A DNA stretch of 64,000 nt. It comes from an uncultured Mycoplasmatota bacterium (lineage in GTDB: Bacteria; Bacillota_I; Bacilli_A; RF39; UBA660). The notes below the pieces were generated by a model. That model ran no database searches and was not told where the DNA came from. It was given only the letters and a program-made list of their open reading frames with translations. Where the stretch lies: contig UQSR01000001.1 of NCBI GenBank assembly GCA_900543825.1, positions 7,810 through 71,809 of the forward strand, in the 5' to 3' direction. The position numbers and the translations under genes were made by a program. This document shows, piece after piece, positions 49,310 through 59,124 of this stretch. The first letter of the stretch is position 1, and the number at the start of each line of letters is the position of its first letter.

Positions 49310-50745
49310 TGACAGAAAAATTTATTGATGATATTAGAAATGGTTTGGATAGTGGTAAAGTAACAAGTGATAAATTATTTGAGGAAGCTGTAAATAAAGC
49401 TTATAAATATCAAGATGTATATAATTCTTTTGTTACTATTATGGATAAAAAAGATGAGGTTTGTAGTAATAGTATATTAAGTGGTATTCCTTATGCTCTT
49501 AAGGATAATATTTCTACTAAGGGGATACTTACTACAGCTTCTTCTAATATTCTTAAAGATTATATTCCTTTATATGATGCTACTATATATAAAAAGTTAA
49601 AAAATTCTGGGGCAGTGTTAATGGGAAAAACTGTTCTTGATGAACTTGCTATGGGTGGAACTGGTACTACTGGTCATACTGGTATTGTTAGAAATCCTTG
49701 GAATAAAGATAGAATGATAGGGGGGAGCTCTGCTGGTAGTGCTGCTAGTGTTGCTCTTGGCATTGTTCCTTTTGCTATTGGTAGTGATACTGGTGATTCT
49801 ATTAGAAAACCTGCTGCTTATGGTGGGGTAGTTGGATATAAGCCTACTTATGGTAGAATATCTAGATATGGTTTATTTTCTTTTGCTTCTAGTTTGGATC
49901 ATGTTGGGGTATTTGCTAGAAGTGTTAAGGATGTAAGTTATGTTATGGATGTTGTAAAAGGTCATGATGATAAGGATATGACTAGTTTACCAGATGAAGA
50001 TGTTTCTTATGCTTCTGAACTTGATAATGATGTTAGTGGTAAGAAATTATTTTATATTAAAGAAGCCATTGAAATAGATAATGGTAATAATGAACTCAAG
50101 GAAATTATTAGTAACTTTAAGAGTGTTCTTGAGAAATGTAAGGAACTTGGAATGATAGTGGAAGAGGTTAGTTTTGATAAAGAATTGCTTGAAGCTATAT
50201 ATCCGGTTTATAATGTTATTTCTTGCGCTGAAGCTACTTCGAATAATTCTAATTTAACTGGTATTCCTTTTGGTAATAGAGTTGATGGTAAAAATGTTAA
50301 TGATATTATGATGAATACTAGAACTAGTGGTTTTTCTGAACTTATTAAGAGAAGATTTGTTATTGGTAGTTATGTACTTCAAAAAGAGAATCAAGAAAGG
50401 TTATTTTTAAATGCTTGTAGAGTTAGAAGACTTATTGTTAATAGAATGAACGAACTATTTGAAAAGTATGATGGTCTTATTATGCCTACTAGTGGAAATA
50501 TTGCTCCTTTGTTTGATGCTGCTAGTGATAAATTGTCAGATGAATATTTGATTTTAGGTAATCATCTTGTTATTGGTAATTTTGGGGGATTTCCTAGTAT
50601 ATCTATTCCTAGTGGCTTTGTTAATGATATGCCAGTTAGTGTTAATATTACTGGTAGGGCTAAAGAGGATAGCTTAGTACTTAATATGGCAAATAAGATA
50701 GAGAGTTTGCTTGATTGTAAAGGTATGGTGGCTAAATATGAGTAA
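49309..50745 (+). CDS. gatA: Asp/Glu-tRNA amidotransferase subunit A (amidase)
   Basis: Amidase signature GGSSAGSAASVA... Confidence 0.95.
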   Translation: MTEKFIDDIRNGLDSGKVTSDKLFEEAVNKAYKYQDVYNSFVTIMDKKDEVCSNSILSGIPYALKDNISTKGILTTASSNILKDYIPLYDATIYKKLKNSGAVLMGKTVLDELAMGGTGTTGHTGIVRNPWNKDRMIGGSSAGSAASVALGIVPFAIGSDTGDSIRKPAAYGGVVGYKPTYGRISRYGLFSFASSLDHVGVFARSVKDVSYVMDVVKGHDDKDMTSLPDEDVSYASELDNDVSGKKLFYIKEAIEIDNGNNELKEIISNFKSVLEKCKELGMIVEEVSFDKELLEAIYPVYNVISCAEATSNNSNLTGIPFGNRVDGKNVNDIMMNTRTSGFSELIKRRFVIGSYVLQKENQERLFLNACRVRRLIVNRMNELFEKYDGLIMPTSGNIAPLFDAASDKLSDEYLILGNHLVIGNFGGFPSISIPSGFVNDMPVSVNITGRAKEDSLVLNMANKIESLLDCKGMVAKYE

Positions 50746-52159
50746 ATATATTCCAGTTATTGGTCTTGAAGTTCATTGTGAACTTAAGAGTAATAGTAAA
50801 AATTTTAGTAGTGCTAAAAATGGGACAGGCGAAGTTAATACTAATTTGTCTGTAGTAGATATTGGTTATCCTGGTATTCTTCCTGTTGTTAATAAAGAGG
50901 CTGTTAAAAAGAGCATCATGGTTGCTTTGGCTTTAAATTGTAGAGTACCTGAAAAACTTGTTTTTGATAGAAAGAATTATTATTATCCAGATTTACCGAA
51001 GGGATATCAGATTACACAATTTGGTAATCCTATTGGTACCAATGGTTATGTTATGATTAATGTTGATGGAGTAGAGAAAAAAATTACTATTCATGATACG
51101 CATTTGGAAGAGGATACGGCGAATATGGATCATTTGAGTACTTATTCCTTAATTGATTATAATAGGGCAGGAGTCCCACTTCTTGAGACCGTTACTGAAC
51201 CTTGTATTGGTTCTTCGAAAGAAGCTATTGCCTACTTAGAGACACTTAGAAATATATTTTTATATTTAGATGTTAGTGATGCAAGGGCGGATCTTGGCCA
51301 GATAAGAGTAGATGTTAATGTTTCAATGAAGAAAGAAGATGATGATAAACTCGGTACAAGAGTAGAAATGAAGAACATTAATTCTTTTTCTACTGTTAAA
51401 GAAGTTATTGAAGTTGAAATTAAAAGACAAACAGAAATACTTGAAGCTGGTGGAGTTATTGAACAGGAAACTAGGAGATATGATGAAGTTAATAAAACGA
51501 CAGTTTTTATGAGAGGTAAAAGTGATGCTATTGATTATAAGTATTATACTGAGCCTAATATTCCTCCTATTAGATTAAGAGAAGAATTTATTAATGATAT
51601 TAAAAATAATATGCCTGTTCTTGAATATGAGAGAAAGTTAAAATATATAAATGAATATGGTATTGGTAATGTTGATGCTAGTACTTTAACTAAGGATAAG
51701 AAACTATCTGATTATTTTGATAATATTGTTAGTTATGGTTCTAATCCTAAAGAGACTGCTAATATTATAGTAGGATTTTTACTTGGATATTTGAATAAGA
51801 ATTTTATGACTATTAGTGATATTGATATTAGTAGTAAAGACTTTAGTGATATTATTAAGATGATGAGTGATGGAAAGATATCTAATAAACAGGTTAAAGA
51901 TATTTTTACTAAGGCTTTAGATGAGAATAAGAATATTTTAGATGTGGCTAAGTCTATTGGTACTCAAATTAGTGATAAGGAAGAGATAAGAAGAATTGTT
52001 AATGAAGTGTTTAATGATAATCCTAAAGTTATTGATGATTATAAAGCCGGTAAAAATGTTAATGGATTTATTATGGGACTTATTATGAAGAAAACTTCTG
52101 GTAAGGTTAATCCAGGTGTTACTAATATGGTACTTAATGAAGAACTAAAAAAATTATAG
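50738..52159 (+). CDS. gatB: Asp/Glu-tRNA amidotransferase subunit B
   Basis: MSKYIPVIGLEVHCEL... is a canonical GatB N-terminus. 8-nt overlap with gatA. Confidence 0.95.
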   Translation: MSKYIPVIGLEVHCELKSNSKNFSSAKNGTGEVNTNLSVVDIGYPGILPVVNKEAVKKSIMVALALNCRVPEKLVFDRKNYYYPDLPKGYQITQFGNPIGTNGYVMINVDGVEKKITIHDTHLEEDTANMDHLSTYSLIDYNRAGVPLLETVTEPCIGSSKEAIAYLETLRNIFLYLDVSDARADLGQIRVDVNVSMKKEDDDKLGTRVEMKNINSFSTVKEVIEVEIKRQTEILEAGGVIEQETRRYDEVNKTTVFMRGKSDAIDYKYYTEPNIPPIRLREEFINDIKNNMPVLEYERKLKYINEYGIGNVDASTLTKDKKLSDYFDNIVSYGSNPKETANIIVGFLLGYLNKNFMTISDIDISSKDFSDIIKMMSDGKISNKQVKDIFTKALDENKNILDVAKSIGTQISDKEEIRRIVNEVFNDNPKVIDDYKAGKNVNGFIMGLIMKKTSGKVNPGVTNMVLNEELKKL

Positions 52160-52234
52160 TTCTTTTTTTCTTTGTATTTCTTTTTTATTTATTTTATGAT
52201 AGAATATTATTAGAATATGGATAAGGAGTTAGTT

Positions 52235-53455
52235 ATGAAAAATAAGTATGTTAAAATTTTCTTTACTTTTATTATTGGTATTGTTTGTTTATTTGGGATT
52301 AATTATGTTGATGCCAAAACAGTAGCAATGGGAATTAAAAGTAATAAGACTACAGTTGAACCAGGAGATACAATTAGAATTGATTTACCTGTGTTATGTG
52401 TAGCTAAAGGAACTAATGTTAGTAAAATTGATACTGGTTTTGAATATGATTCAAATGCTTTAACCGCTACGGAAGTTAAGAACGTTAAATATTTTAATGG
52501 TTGGAAAAATGTTAAGGATAATTTAGATGATAAAAATGGTAGTTTTGTGATTAGTCTTAAAGCTGATTCTTCTAAAAATTATATTAACTCTGATAATGCT
52601 TCTGGTGATTGTGGTGATGATACTTATGTTACTTTGGTATCTGGGTATGAATTTAAAGTTAAAGATGTTGCTAATCAAAAAACTACTATTTGGGTTTTAC
52701 AAGATGGGGAGAGAAGTACTTCTATTGATATTAATATTTATAAGACTAATGATAATAATAATTTAAAAGAGTTGAATATTGAAGGTGTAGAGATTGAACC
52801 TAAATTTTCTCCAAATGTAACTAGTTATGAAGCTGAAGTGGATTATGATAAAGAAAAGGTTGTTATTAGTGCTGTTTGTGATGGTGATAATTGTAGTGTG
52901 TCTAATGCTGGTGAAAAGGAATTACAAGTTGGAGAAAATAGATTTGAAATAGTTGTTACTGCTGAAAATGGTAGTAGAAAGAAATATAATATATTTATTA
53001 ATAGGAAAGAGGCTTCTTCTGATACTACTTTATCATCTTTAAAAATTAAAGATTCTAATGGTAATAATGTTGCTATTGGTTTTAAGAGTGATAAACGTAG
53101 TTATGATGTTAATGTTAATAATGATATTTTATTTGTAGAGTTTGATGCAAAGTGTAATGGTGCTAATTGTAAAATAGATGATATAGATACTAAGAAGTTA
53201 AATGTTGGAAATAATAGTTTTAAAATTAAGGTTACTGCTGAAGATGGTACTACTGGGGAATATAAGATTAATATTATTAGAGAAAAGAAAAAGAGTATTA
53301 TTCCTTATATAATTGGTGGAATTATATTGGCTCTTCTTATTGCTCTTGGAATTGTATTCTTTATAAGAAGAAATAAAGATAAGAAGGCAAAACGTACTAA
53401 TGTTGAACCTATTGATATTCCTGAAGATAATTTTGATATTAATAATTTGCAATAA
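52235..53455 (+). CDS. Surface protein with signal/anchor N-terminus, two cadherin-like beta-sandwich domains and C-terminal TM anchor
   Basis: RBS AAGGAG. N-terminal hydrophobic segment. Two repeats (...LKELNIEGVEIEPKFSPNVTSYEAEV...FEIVVTAENGSRKKYNIFINR and ...LSSLKIKDSNGN...FKIKVTAEDGTTGEYKINIIR). C-terminal IIGGIILALLIALGIVFFIRRNK. Confidence 0.7.
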   Translation: MKNKYVKIFFTFIIGIVCLFGINYVDAKTVAMGIKSNKTTVEPGDTIRIDLPVLCVAKGTNVSKIDTGFEYDSNALTATEVKNVKYFNGWKNVKDNLDDKNGSFVISLKADSSKNYINSDNASGDCGDDTYVTLVSGYEFKVKDVANQKTTIWVLQDGERSTSIDINIYKTNDNNNLKELNIEGVEIEPKFSPNVTSYEAEVDYDKEKVVISAVCDGDNCSVSNAGEKELQVGENRFEIVVTAENGSRKKYNIFINRKEASSDTTLSSLKIKDSNGNNVAIGFKSDKRSYDVNVNNDILFVEFDAKCNGANCKIDDIDTKKLNVGNNSFKIKVTAEDGTTGEYKINIIREKKKSIIPYIIGGIILALLIALGIVFFIRRNKDKKAKRTNVEPIDIPEDNFDINNLQ

Positions 53456-53533
53456 TTATTTAAAGATACTGGTATAAAACTGGTATCTTTTTATATATTT
53501 TGCATAAAATATTAAAAAAGTTGAAAAAAGTAC

Positions 53534-53562
53534 TTGATTATTTAAAAAAATTATTATATAAT
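53534..53562 (+). promoter_or_regulatory. Promoter for tRNA-Asn (-35 TTGATT, 17 nt, -10 TATAAT)
   Basis: Consensus-like hexamers. tRNA begins 22 nt downstream. Confidence 0.55.
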
Positions 53563-53584
53563 TAAGAAGTCTTGTGGATGTATT

Positions 53585-53660
53585 GGCCAATTAGCTCAGT
53601 TGGTAGAGCACTCGGCTGTTAACCGATAGGTCGTAGGTTCGAGCCCTACATTGGCCGCCA
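53585..53660 (+). tRNA. tRNA-Asn (anticodon GUU) with encoded CCA
   Basis: Acceptor GGCCAAT/ATTGGCC, D-arm TAGCTCAGTTGGTAGAGC, anticodon loop CTGTTAA, T-arm GGTTCGAGCCC. Confidence 0.85.
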
Positions 53661-53670
53661 TATGATTATT

Positions 53671-53697
53671 AAACTCTCATATGAGAGTTTTTTTGTT
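53671..53697 (+). terminator. Rho-independent terminator after tRNA-Asn
   Basis: AAACTCTCAT/ATGAGAGTTT perfect palindrome followed by TTTTGTTG. Confidence 0.6.
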
Positions 53698-53800
53698 GTA
53701 ATAATAAAAAATGTTATTTTATTATTGACAAATATGTATAATATATGATATATTTATGTCAGCCGATAGGTGTTTTTATTTTAATCAATTAGGAGGATTT

Positions 53801-53977
53801 ATGAGTAAGATTGCTGATTATTTTAAAGGTGTAAAAAAGGAAGCTGCTAGAATTAAATGGACTAGTAAAAAGGATTTATTAAAATATTCTATATCTACTA
53901 TTAGTTTTATGTTATTTTTTGGTGTTTTCTTTTATTTAATTGATATGCTTGTAGCATTATTAAGGAGTGGTTTATAA
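53801..53977 (+). CDS. secE: Preprotein translocase subunit SecE
   Basis: MSKIADYFKGVKKEAARIKWTSKKDL... plus one TM helix. RBS AGGAGG. Precedes nusG. Confidence 0.85.
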   Translation: MSKIADYFKGVKKEAARIKWTSKKDLLKYSISTISFMLFFGVFFYLIDMLVALLRSGL

Positions 53978-54513
53978 TGAAAAAGGAATGGTATGTTGTA
54001 AATACTGTTAGTGGACACGAATATAAAGTAAAAGAAAAGCTTGAAATGAAGATTAACTCTAGGGATTTACAAGAAAATATATTTAGAGTTATTGTTCCTG
54101 AACAGAAAGAAATTGAATATAAGAATGGTGTAAAGAAAGAAAGAATTAAGAAGATGTTTCCTGGTTATGTGCTTGTAGAGATGGTTATGAGTGATGAAGC
54201 TTGGTACATTGTTAGAAATACACAGGGTGTAACTGGATTTATTGGATCTTCTGGTAAAGGTGCTAAACCTATTCCATTACTTCCACAGGAAGTTGATCGT
54301 ATTCTTAATAGTATGGGTATGAGTAGAGTGGATGTTAGTAAAGATCTTAAAGAAGGTGCTAAGGTTAAGATTATTTCTGGACCATTTAAAGATATGATGG
54401 CTAAAATTGATTCTGTTGATTTGAAAGAACAAAAACTTACTGTATTAGTAGATTTGTTTGGTCAAGAGACTTCAGTTGAGGTTGATATGCAAGAAGTAGA
54501 AACTTTAGGATAA
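53977..54513 (+). CDS. nusG: Transcription termination/antitermination factor NusG
   Basis: KEWYVVNTVSGHEYKVKEKLE... NGN domain plus a C-terminal KOW (GAKVKIISGPFKDMMAKI). Confidence 0.95.
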   Translation: MKKEWYVVNTVSGHEYKVKEKLEMKINSRDLQENIFRVIVPEQKEIEYKNGVKKERIKKMFPGYVLVEMVMSDEAWYIVRNTQGVTGFIGSSGKGAKPIPLLPQEVDRILNSMGMSRVDVSKDLKEGAKVKIISGPFKDMMAKIDSVDLKEQKLTVLVDLFGQETSVEVDMQEVETLG

Positions 54514-54692
54514 TTTTTAAATAAAAATGCTTATATTGTTAAAACTTTAATAAAAATAAAAAAAATAGTTGTATTTTGTGTGAAAGTGTGATATCATTAT
54601 CGGTGCGAGACATATTATTATGTTAGTAAGTGGAAGGCGGACGGCTGATAGGACCACACGCGAAAAAGAAATTTTAATAGGAGGTGTTTTTC

Positions 54693-55115
54693 GTGGCTAA
54701 GAAAGAAGTTACTAAAATAATTAAATTACAAATTCCAGCAGGAAAAGCAACACCAGCTCCTCCAGTAGGAACTGTACTTGGACCAGCAGGAATTAATTTA
54801 CAAGAATTTTGTACTAAATTTAATGATGCATCTAGAGATAAGATGGGAGATATATTACCAGTTGAAATTACTATTTATGAAGATAGAAGTTTTGATCTTG
54901 TACTTAAAACTCCACCTGCTGCATTTTTACTTAAGAAAGCTGCTGGTATTAAATCTGGATCTAGTAAAGGTGAAGTTGTTGCAACTTTATCAAAAGATAA
55001 ACTTAGAGAAATCGCTGAAACTAAGTTACCTGATTTAAATGCTTATACAGTAGAAGAAGCTATGAAAATAGTTGAAGGTACTGCCCGTAACATGGGAATT
55101 AAAATAGAAGATTAA
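54693..55115 (+). CDS. rplK: 50S ribosomal protein L11
   Basis: GTG start after [41 protein letters not shown]. Confidence 0.95.
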   Translation: MAKKEVTKIIKLQIPAGKATPAPPVGTVLGPAGINLQEFCTKFNDASRDKMGDILPVEITIYEDRSFDLVLKTPPAAFLLKKAAGIKSGSSKGEVVATLSKDKLREIAETKLPDLNAYTVEEAMKIVEGTARNMGIKIED

Positions 55116-55195
55116 TTATAATATGTCATATAGGTTTTTATACCTATGTGGAAGGATACTCTAGTCCGCAATTACCACATAAGGAGGGAAGACGA

Positions 55196-55891
55196 ATGAA
55201 AAGAAGTAAAAGATATGTTTCTAATTTAGAAAAAGTCGAAAAGAATAAAGTATATTCTGTAGAAGAAGCTGTTAAATTAGTTAAAGAGACTTCTAATACT
55301 AAGTTTGATGGTACTGTTGAAGTTGCTATGAATTTAAACTTAGATACTAAAAAGAATGATCAACAATTAAGAGGAGCAGTTGTTTTACCTAATGGTACTG
55401 GTAAAACTAAGAGAATATTAGTTCTTGCTAAAGGAGATCAAGCTAAGGCTGCTAAAGAGGCTGGCGCTGATTTTGTTGGAGATGTTGATATGATTCAAAA
55501 AATCGAGAAAGAATCTTGGTTTGATTATGATGTTATCATTGCTACTCCAGAAATGATGCCACTTCTTGGTAAAATTGGTAAGTTACTTGGACCTAAAGGT
55601 TTGATGCCAAACCCTAAAACTGGTACTGTAACTGTTGATACTGCTAAAGCTATAGAAGAAACTAAAAAAGGTAAAGTTAACTACAGAACTGATAGTTTAG
55701 GAAATGTTCATGGAATTATTGGTAAAGTTAGTTTCGATGATGATAAATTAGTAGAAAATCTTAAAGCTTTTGTTGAAGCTATAATGAAAGTTAAGCCTTC
55801 AACAGTAAAGGGTGCTTATGTTAAGAATGTTAGTATTTCTTCAACAATGGGACCTGGTGTTAAAATTGATTTAAATTCATTTGACAAATAA
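55196..55891 (+). CDS. rplA: 50S ribosomal protein L1
   Basis: [14 protein letters not shown]... ATG 55196 after AAGGAGGG. Confidence 0.95.
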   Translation: MKRSKRYVSNLEKVEKNKVYSVEEAVKLVKETSNTKFDGTVEVAMNLNLDTKKNDQQLRGAVVLPNGTGKTKRILVLAKGDQAKAAKEAGADFVGDVDMIQKIEKESWFDYDVIIATPEMMPLLGKIGKLLGPKGLMPNPKTGTVTVDTAKAIEETKKGKVNYRTDSLGNVHGIIGKVSFDDDKLVENLKAFVEAIMKVKPSTVKGAYVKNVSISSTMGPGVKIDLNSFDK

Positions 55892-56049
55892 TTTTATTTG
55901 ATATATAATAAGTTTGTTTGAAAGAAATATTATGCCAAAGACAGTAAGGGCAATTAATGCTTGAAAATCTTACCGAGGAATAAAAAATATTAGTCTTTTT
56001 ATCCCTCGAATAGAGGGATTTTATTATGGCATAGGAAAGGATTGATACT
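55892..56049 (+). promoter_or_regulatory. rplJ (L10) leader region with attenuator-like hairpin
   Basis: 158-nt untranslated region between rplA and rplJ containing ATCCCTCgaataGAGGGAT followed by TTTATT. This position is a known L10(L12)4 autoregulatory site in Firmicutes. Confidence 0.5.
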
Positions 56050-56544
56050 ATGGCAAATGCAAAGATTATTGAACAAAAGGCTTTAGTAGTTGATGAAATT
56101 AAGAATAAGTTCGAAAATGCTAAGTCAGTAGTTGTATTTGATCCTAGAGGTCTTAAGGTTTCAGAAGTTACTGAACTTAGAAGAGCTCTTAGAGATTCTG
56201 GCTCTGATTATAAAGTATATAAGAACACATTAGCTAAAAGAGCTGTTGATAGTTTGAACATTGGATTAGGTGATTATCTTGAGGGCCCATCTGCTATTAG
56301 TTTCTCTAGTGATGAACTTGCACCTGTTAAGGTTATAAGTGAATTTGCTAAGAATCATAATGCACTTGAACTTAAAGCTGGTATTGTTGAGGGAAAAGTT
56401 GTTGCTGCAAATGAACTTGCTGCTTATGCTGCTATTCCATCAAGAGAAGGATTACTTACAATGCTTGCTGCAGGACTTATGGGTACTGTTAGAGATTTAT
56501 CTATATGTTTAGATTTATATTCTAAAGAAAAAGAAGAAAATTAA
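56050..56544 (+). CDS. rplJ: 50S ribosomal protein L10
   Basis: L10 sequence and rplJ-rplL synteny. Confidence 0.95.
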   Translation: MANAKIIEQKALVVDEIKNKFENAKSVVVFDPRGLKVSEVTELRRALRDSGSDYKVYKNTLAKRAVDSLNIGLGDYLEGPSAISFSSDELAPVKVISEFAKNHNALELKAGIVEGKVVAANELAAYAAIPSREGLLTMLAAGLMGTVRDLSICLDLYSKEKEEN

Positions 56545-56583
56545 TAAAAAAATAATAAATAATAAGAAAGGAAGGAAAATATA

Positions 56584-56949
56584 ATGGCTAAATTAACAAG
56601 AGATGAATTTATAAGTTCATTAAAAGAAATGTCTATTCTTGAAATTAAAGAATTAGTTGATGCAATGAAGGAGGAATTTGGTGTTGATCCATCAGCAGTT
56701 GCTGTTGCTGGACCTGCTGCTGCTGCAGTTGAAGAAGGACCAAGCAAAGTTAATGTTGTGTTAACTGCTGCTGGTGCTAACAAAATTGCTGTTATTAAAT
56801 TAGTTAGAGATTTAACTGGTTTAGGATTGAAAGAAGCTAAAGACATTGCTGATAATGGTGGAAACGTTAAAGAAGGCATCGACAAAGAAGAAGCTGAAAA
56901 GATTAAAGCTCAATTTGAAGAAGCTGGAGCTACTGTTGAATTAAAATAA
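56584..56949 (+). CDS. rplL: 50S ribosomal protein L7/L12
   Basis: Ala-rich hinge and a conserved C-terminal domain ...[16 protein letters not shown]... Confidence 0.95.
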   Translation: MAKLTRDEFISSLKEMSILEIKELVDAMKEEFGVDPSAVAVAGPAAAAVEEGPSKVNVVLTAAGANKIAVIKLVRDLTGLGLKEAKDIADNGGNVKEGIDKEEAEKIKAQFEEAGATVELK

Positions 56950-56976
56950 TTAGTTTGTAGACATTTAAAATTATGA

Positions 56977-57010
56977 AGAAATCTATTTTATTAGATTTCT
57001 TTTTCTTTTT
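56977..57010 (+). terminator. Rho-independent terminator after rplL
   Basis: AGAAATCTA-ttttat-TAGATTTCT then TTTTCTTTTT. Confidence 0.65.
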
Positions 57011-57042
57011 ATTTGCGTTATATTTTAAATGGTGATGTATAT

Positions 57043-57504
57043 ATGGAAAAAATAAAAATAAAGTTTGATTATGTTTCGTATTATGACTTTGAAGAAGAGT
57101 TTTTACTTTATTTATCAAAATCATATGGTATTATTTCTGCTGATGTAGATAAGAAGACTGATGATATTATACTTGAATATGATTCTTCTAAGATATCTTT
57201 AGAACTATTAACAAAAGAAATATTAATATATTTAGGTTTGGACAAAATCCCTTCTGTTATAGCATTTGATAAGTGCGTTAGTAATAGTCATATACGTAAG
57301 GATATAATTGTTATTAAAGATATATGTTGTGAATATTGTCTAAAAGATATGATTAAAGAATTACTAGTAGTTGATGGTATAGAAAGTGCTTATACTGATT
57401 TTGATTATGTAAATAAGTACAATGTAAATATTTTCATAACTTATGATGATACAATTATTAATGAAGAAAAATTGATTGATTTAAAGAATAAATTCAATGG
57501 TTAG
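57043..57504 (+). CDS. Hypothetical protein with tandem HMA-like ferredoxin-fold halves, second carrying CCEYC (CxxC)
   Basis: MEKIKIKFDYVS... (Cys-less half) and ...IIVIKDICCEYCLKDMIKELLVVDGIESAYTDFD (resembles the GMxCxxC-x-IE-L-GV pattern of heavy-metal-associated domains). Confidence 0.45.
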   Translation: MEKIKIKFDYVSYYDFEEEFLLYLSKSYGIISADVDKKTDDIILEYDSSKISLELLTKEILIYLGLDKIPSVIAFDKCVSNSHIRKDIIVIKDICCEYCLKDMIKELLVVDGIESAYTDFDYVNKYNVNIFITYDDTIINEEKLIDLKNKFNG

Positions 57505-57593
57505 TTTTTATTTGTATTATATTTTAGAGGCTGCTAAATAGTGGTTTCTTTTTTTCTATTTTTGTGATAAAATTGGGTTAGGAGGATATTAAA

Positions 57594-58223
57594 ATGGAAA
57601 AGAAAAATACGGGTTTAATAGTTTTGGTTATTGTACTATGTTTATCGGTAGGAGGACTTGGTGGTTATATTATAGGTAATAAAACTTTTGCTGATGGTAA
57701 AGATATGAACAATGACAGGAGCGATGTTATTGAAAATAATAAGAATAACAATTATGATAATAATGATACTATAGTTAATTATTCTTATGGTGATGAAGTT
57801 ACTATTTCTAAAATGTCCAAGGTCAAAGATTTTATTGTTGGTGAAGGTACTATTGATTTATCTAAATGGTACGTTTTATCTGACAAAGATAATGTTGTTA
57901 CTTTATATAGTGATGCTATTTGGGGAAAATATTATAAGATTGTTGATAAAACGGATTTATTTAAAGAATATGGTGTTACAATTGAGAATATGAGAGGATT
58001 AAATGAAGAAGAATTAGAATTATTGGGTTGTAATGTAACTACACTTACTTGTAATAATGTACCTACTTGGGCTAAGAATAGTGTTACTTCAGTAGTAAGT
58101 GAAAAGTCTGTTATTCTATTTAGTGGTGATAAATTAGAAACAATGCCTAATGATGGAACTGCTCTTGCGTTAATTAGACCAGTAATTACTATTACTAAAA
58201 GTAATTTAGAGGCTGCTAAATAG
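57594..58223 (+). CDS. Hypothetical secreted/membrane-anchored protein (209 aa)
   Basis: RBS TAGGAGGA. N-terminal signal/anchor LIVLVIVLCLSVGGLGGYIIG. Confidence 0.5.
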   Translation: MEKKNTGLIVLVIVLCLSVGGLGGYIIGNKTFADGKDMNNDRSDVIENNKNNNYDNNDTIVNYSYGDEVTISKMSKVKDFIVGEGTIDLSKWYVLSDKDNVVTLYSDAIWGKYYKIVDKTDLFKEYGVTIENMRGLNEEELELLGCNVTTLTCNNVPTWAKNSVTSVVSEKSVILFSGDKLETMPNDGTALALIRPVITITKSNLEAAK

Positions 58224-58355
58224 TAGTCTTTTTTTGATTATGTTTTGATGATGAGACTTAGGCTCAGACTCACCTTACGAGACTACAGGTTCGGAAGGAA
58301 TAAAAAGATATTGTAATTTTGATATTATTTTATTATAATATTGTTGGTGGTTAGT

Positions 58356-58946
58356 ATGAGTCAATATTTTGATAATGATAAGAATATTAAAAGTGAGAGA
58401 AAAATAATTAAATTTAATTTTGATAATAAAGTATTTTCTATATATAGTGATAATGGAGTATTTTCTAAAGATAGATTCGATTATGGTACAAGGGTTTTAC
58501 TTAATAGTGTTGATATAGATAAATTATCTGGTAATGTCCTTGACCTTGGATGCGGACTTGGAGTAGTGGGTATTATACTTGGTACTTTTAATAAAGGTAT
58601 TAATATTGATATGGTTGATATTAATGAGAGAGCTATAGATTTGGCTAAGAATAATTTGGTATTTAATAATGTTAAAGCTAATGTTTTTGTTAGTGATATT
58701 TATTCTAATATTGATAATAAATATGATTTTATTATTACTAATCCTCCTATTAGAGCGGGTAAGAATGTTATAAGAGGATTTTTACTTGGTAGTTATGATT
58801 ATTTAAAGGATGCTGGTATCTTATATTTTGTTATGAGAAAGGATCATGGGGTTAAGTCAATGATAAAGGAACTTAGTGCTAAATTTAATACTAGTATTGT
58901 TAATAAAGATAAAGGTTTTTATGTTGTTTTATGTACTAAGAAATGA
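58356..58946 (+). CDS. Class I SAM-dependent methyltransferase, RsmC/YbxB-like (methyltransferase small domain)
   Basis: VLDLGCGLGVVG (motif I) and ITNPPIRAG (NPPI/DPPY-type motif IV). Same position as ybxB between rplL and rpoB in Bacillus. Confidence 0.75.
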   Translation: MSQYFDNDKNIKSERKIIKFNFDNKVFSIYSDNGVFSKDRFDYGTRVLLNSVDIDKLSGNVLDLGCGLGVVGIILGTFNKGINIDMVDINERAIDLAKNNLVFNNVKANVFVSDIYSNIDNKYDFIITNPPIRAGKNVIRGFLLGSYDYLKDAGILYFVMRKDHGVKSMIKELSAKFNTSIVNKDKGFYVVLCTKK

Positions 58947-59017
58947 TACTTAAGATGAATATTCTTAAGTATTTTTTGTTTATAGATTAAAAATGTAAAA
59001 AAATATTACAAATGTGT

Positions 59018-59046
59018 CTAAATGTGTTGACTTATTTTTTAAATGC
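59018..59046 (+). promoter_or_regulatory. rpoB promoter (-35 TTGACT, 17 nt, -10 TAAAAT)
   Basis: Hexamers with a 17-nt spacer, about 80 nt upstream of the rpoB ATG. Confidence 0.5.
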
Positions 59047-59124
59047 TGATAAAATTATAAATTGGTAACACATCTTTAAATGTGGCTGATTTTTAAAAAT
59101 CTAGGTATAGGGGTGAAATATTTA

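Noticed and set aside
56541-56885. 114-aa Ala-rich minus-strand ORF
   Set aside because: Antisense to rplL. It is an artefact of the GCT-rich hinge region.
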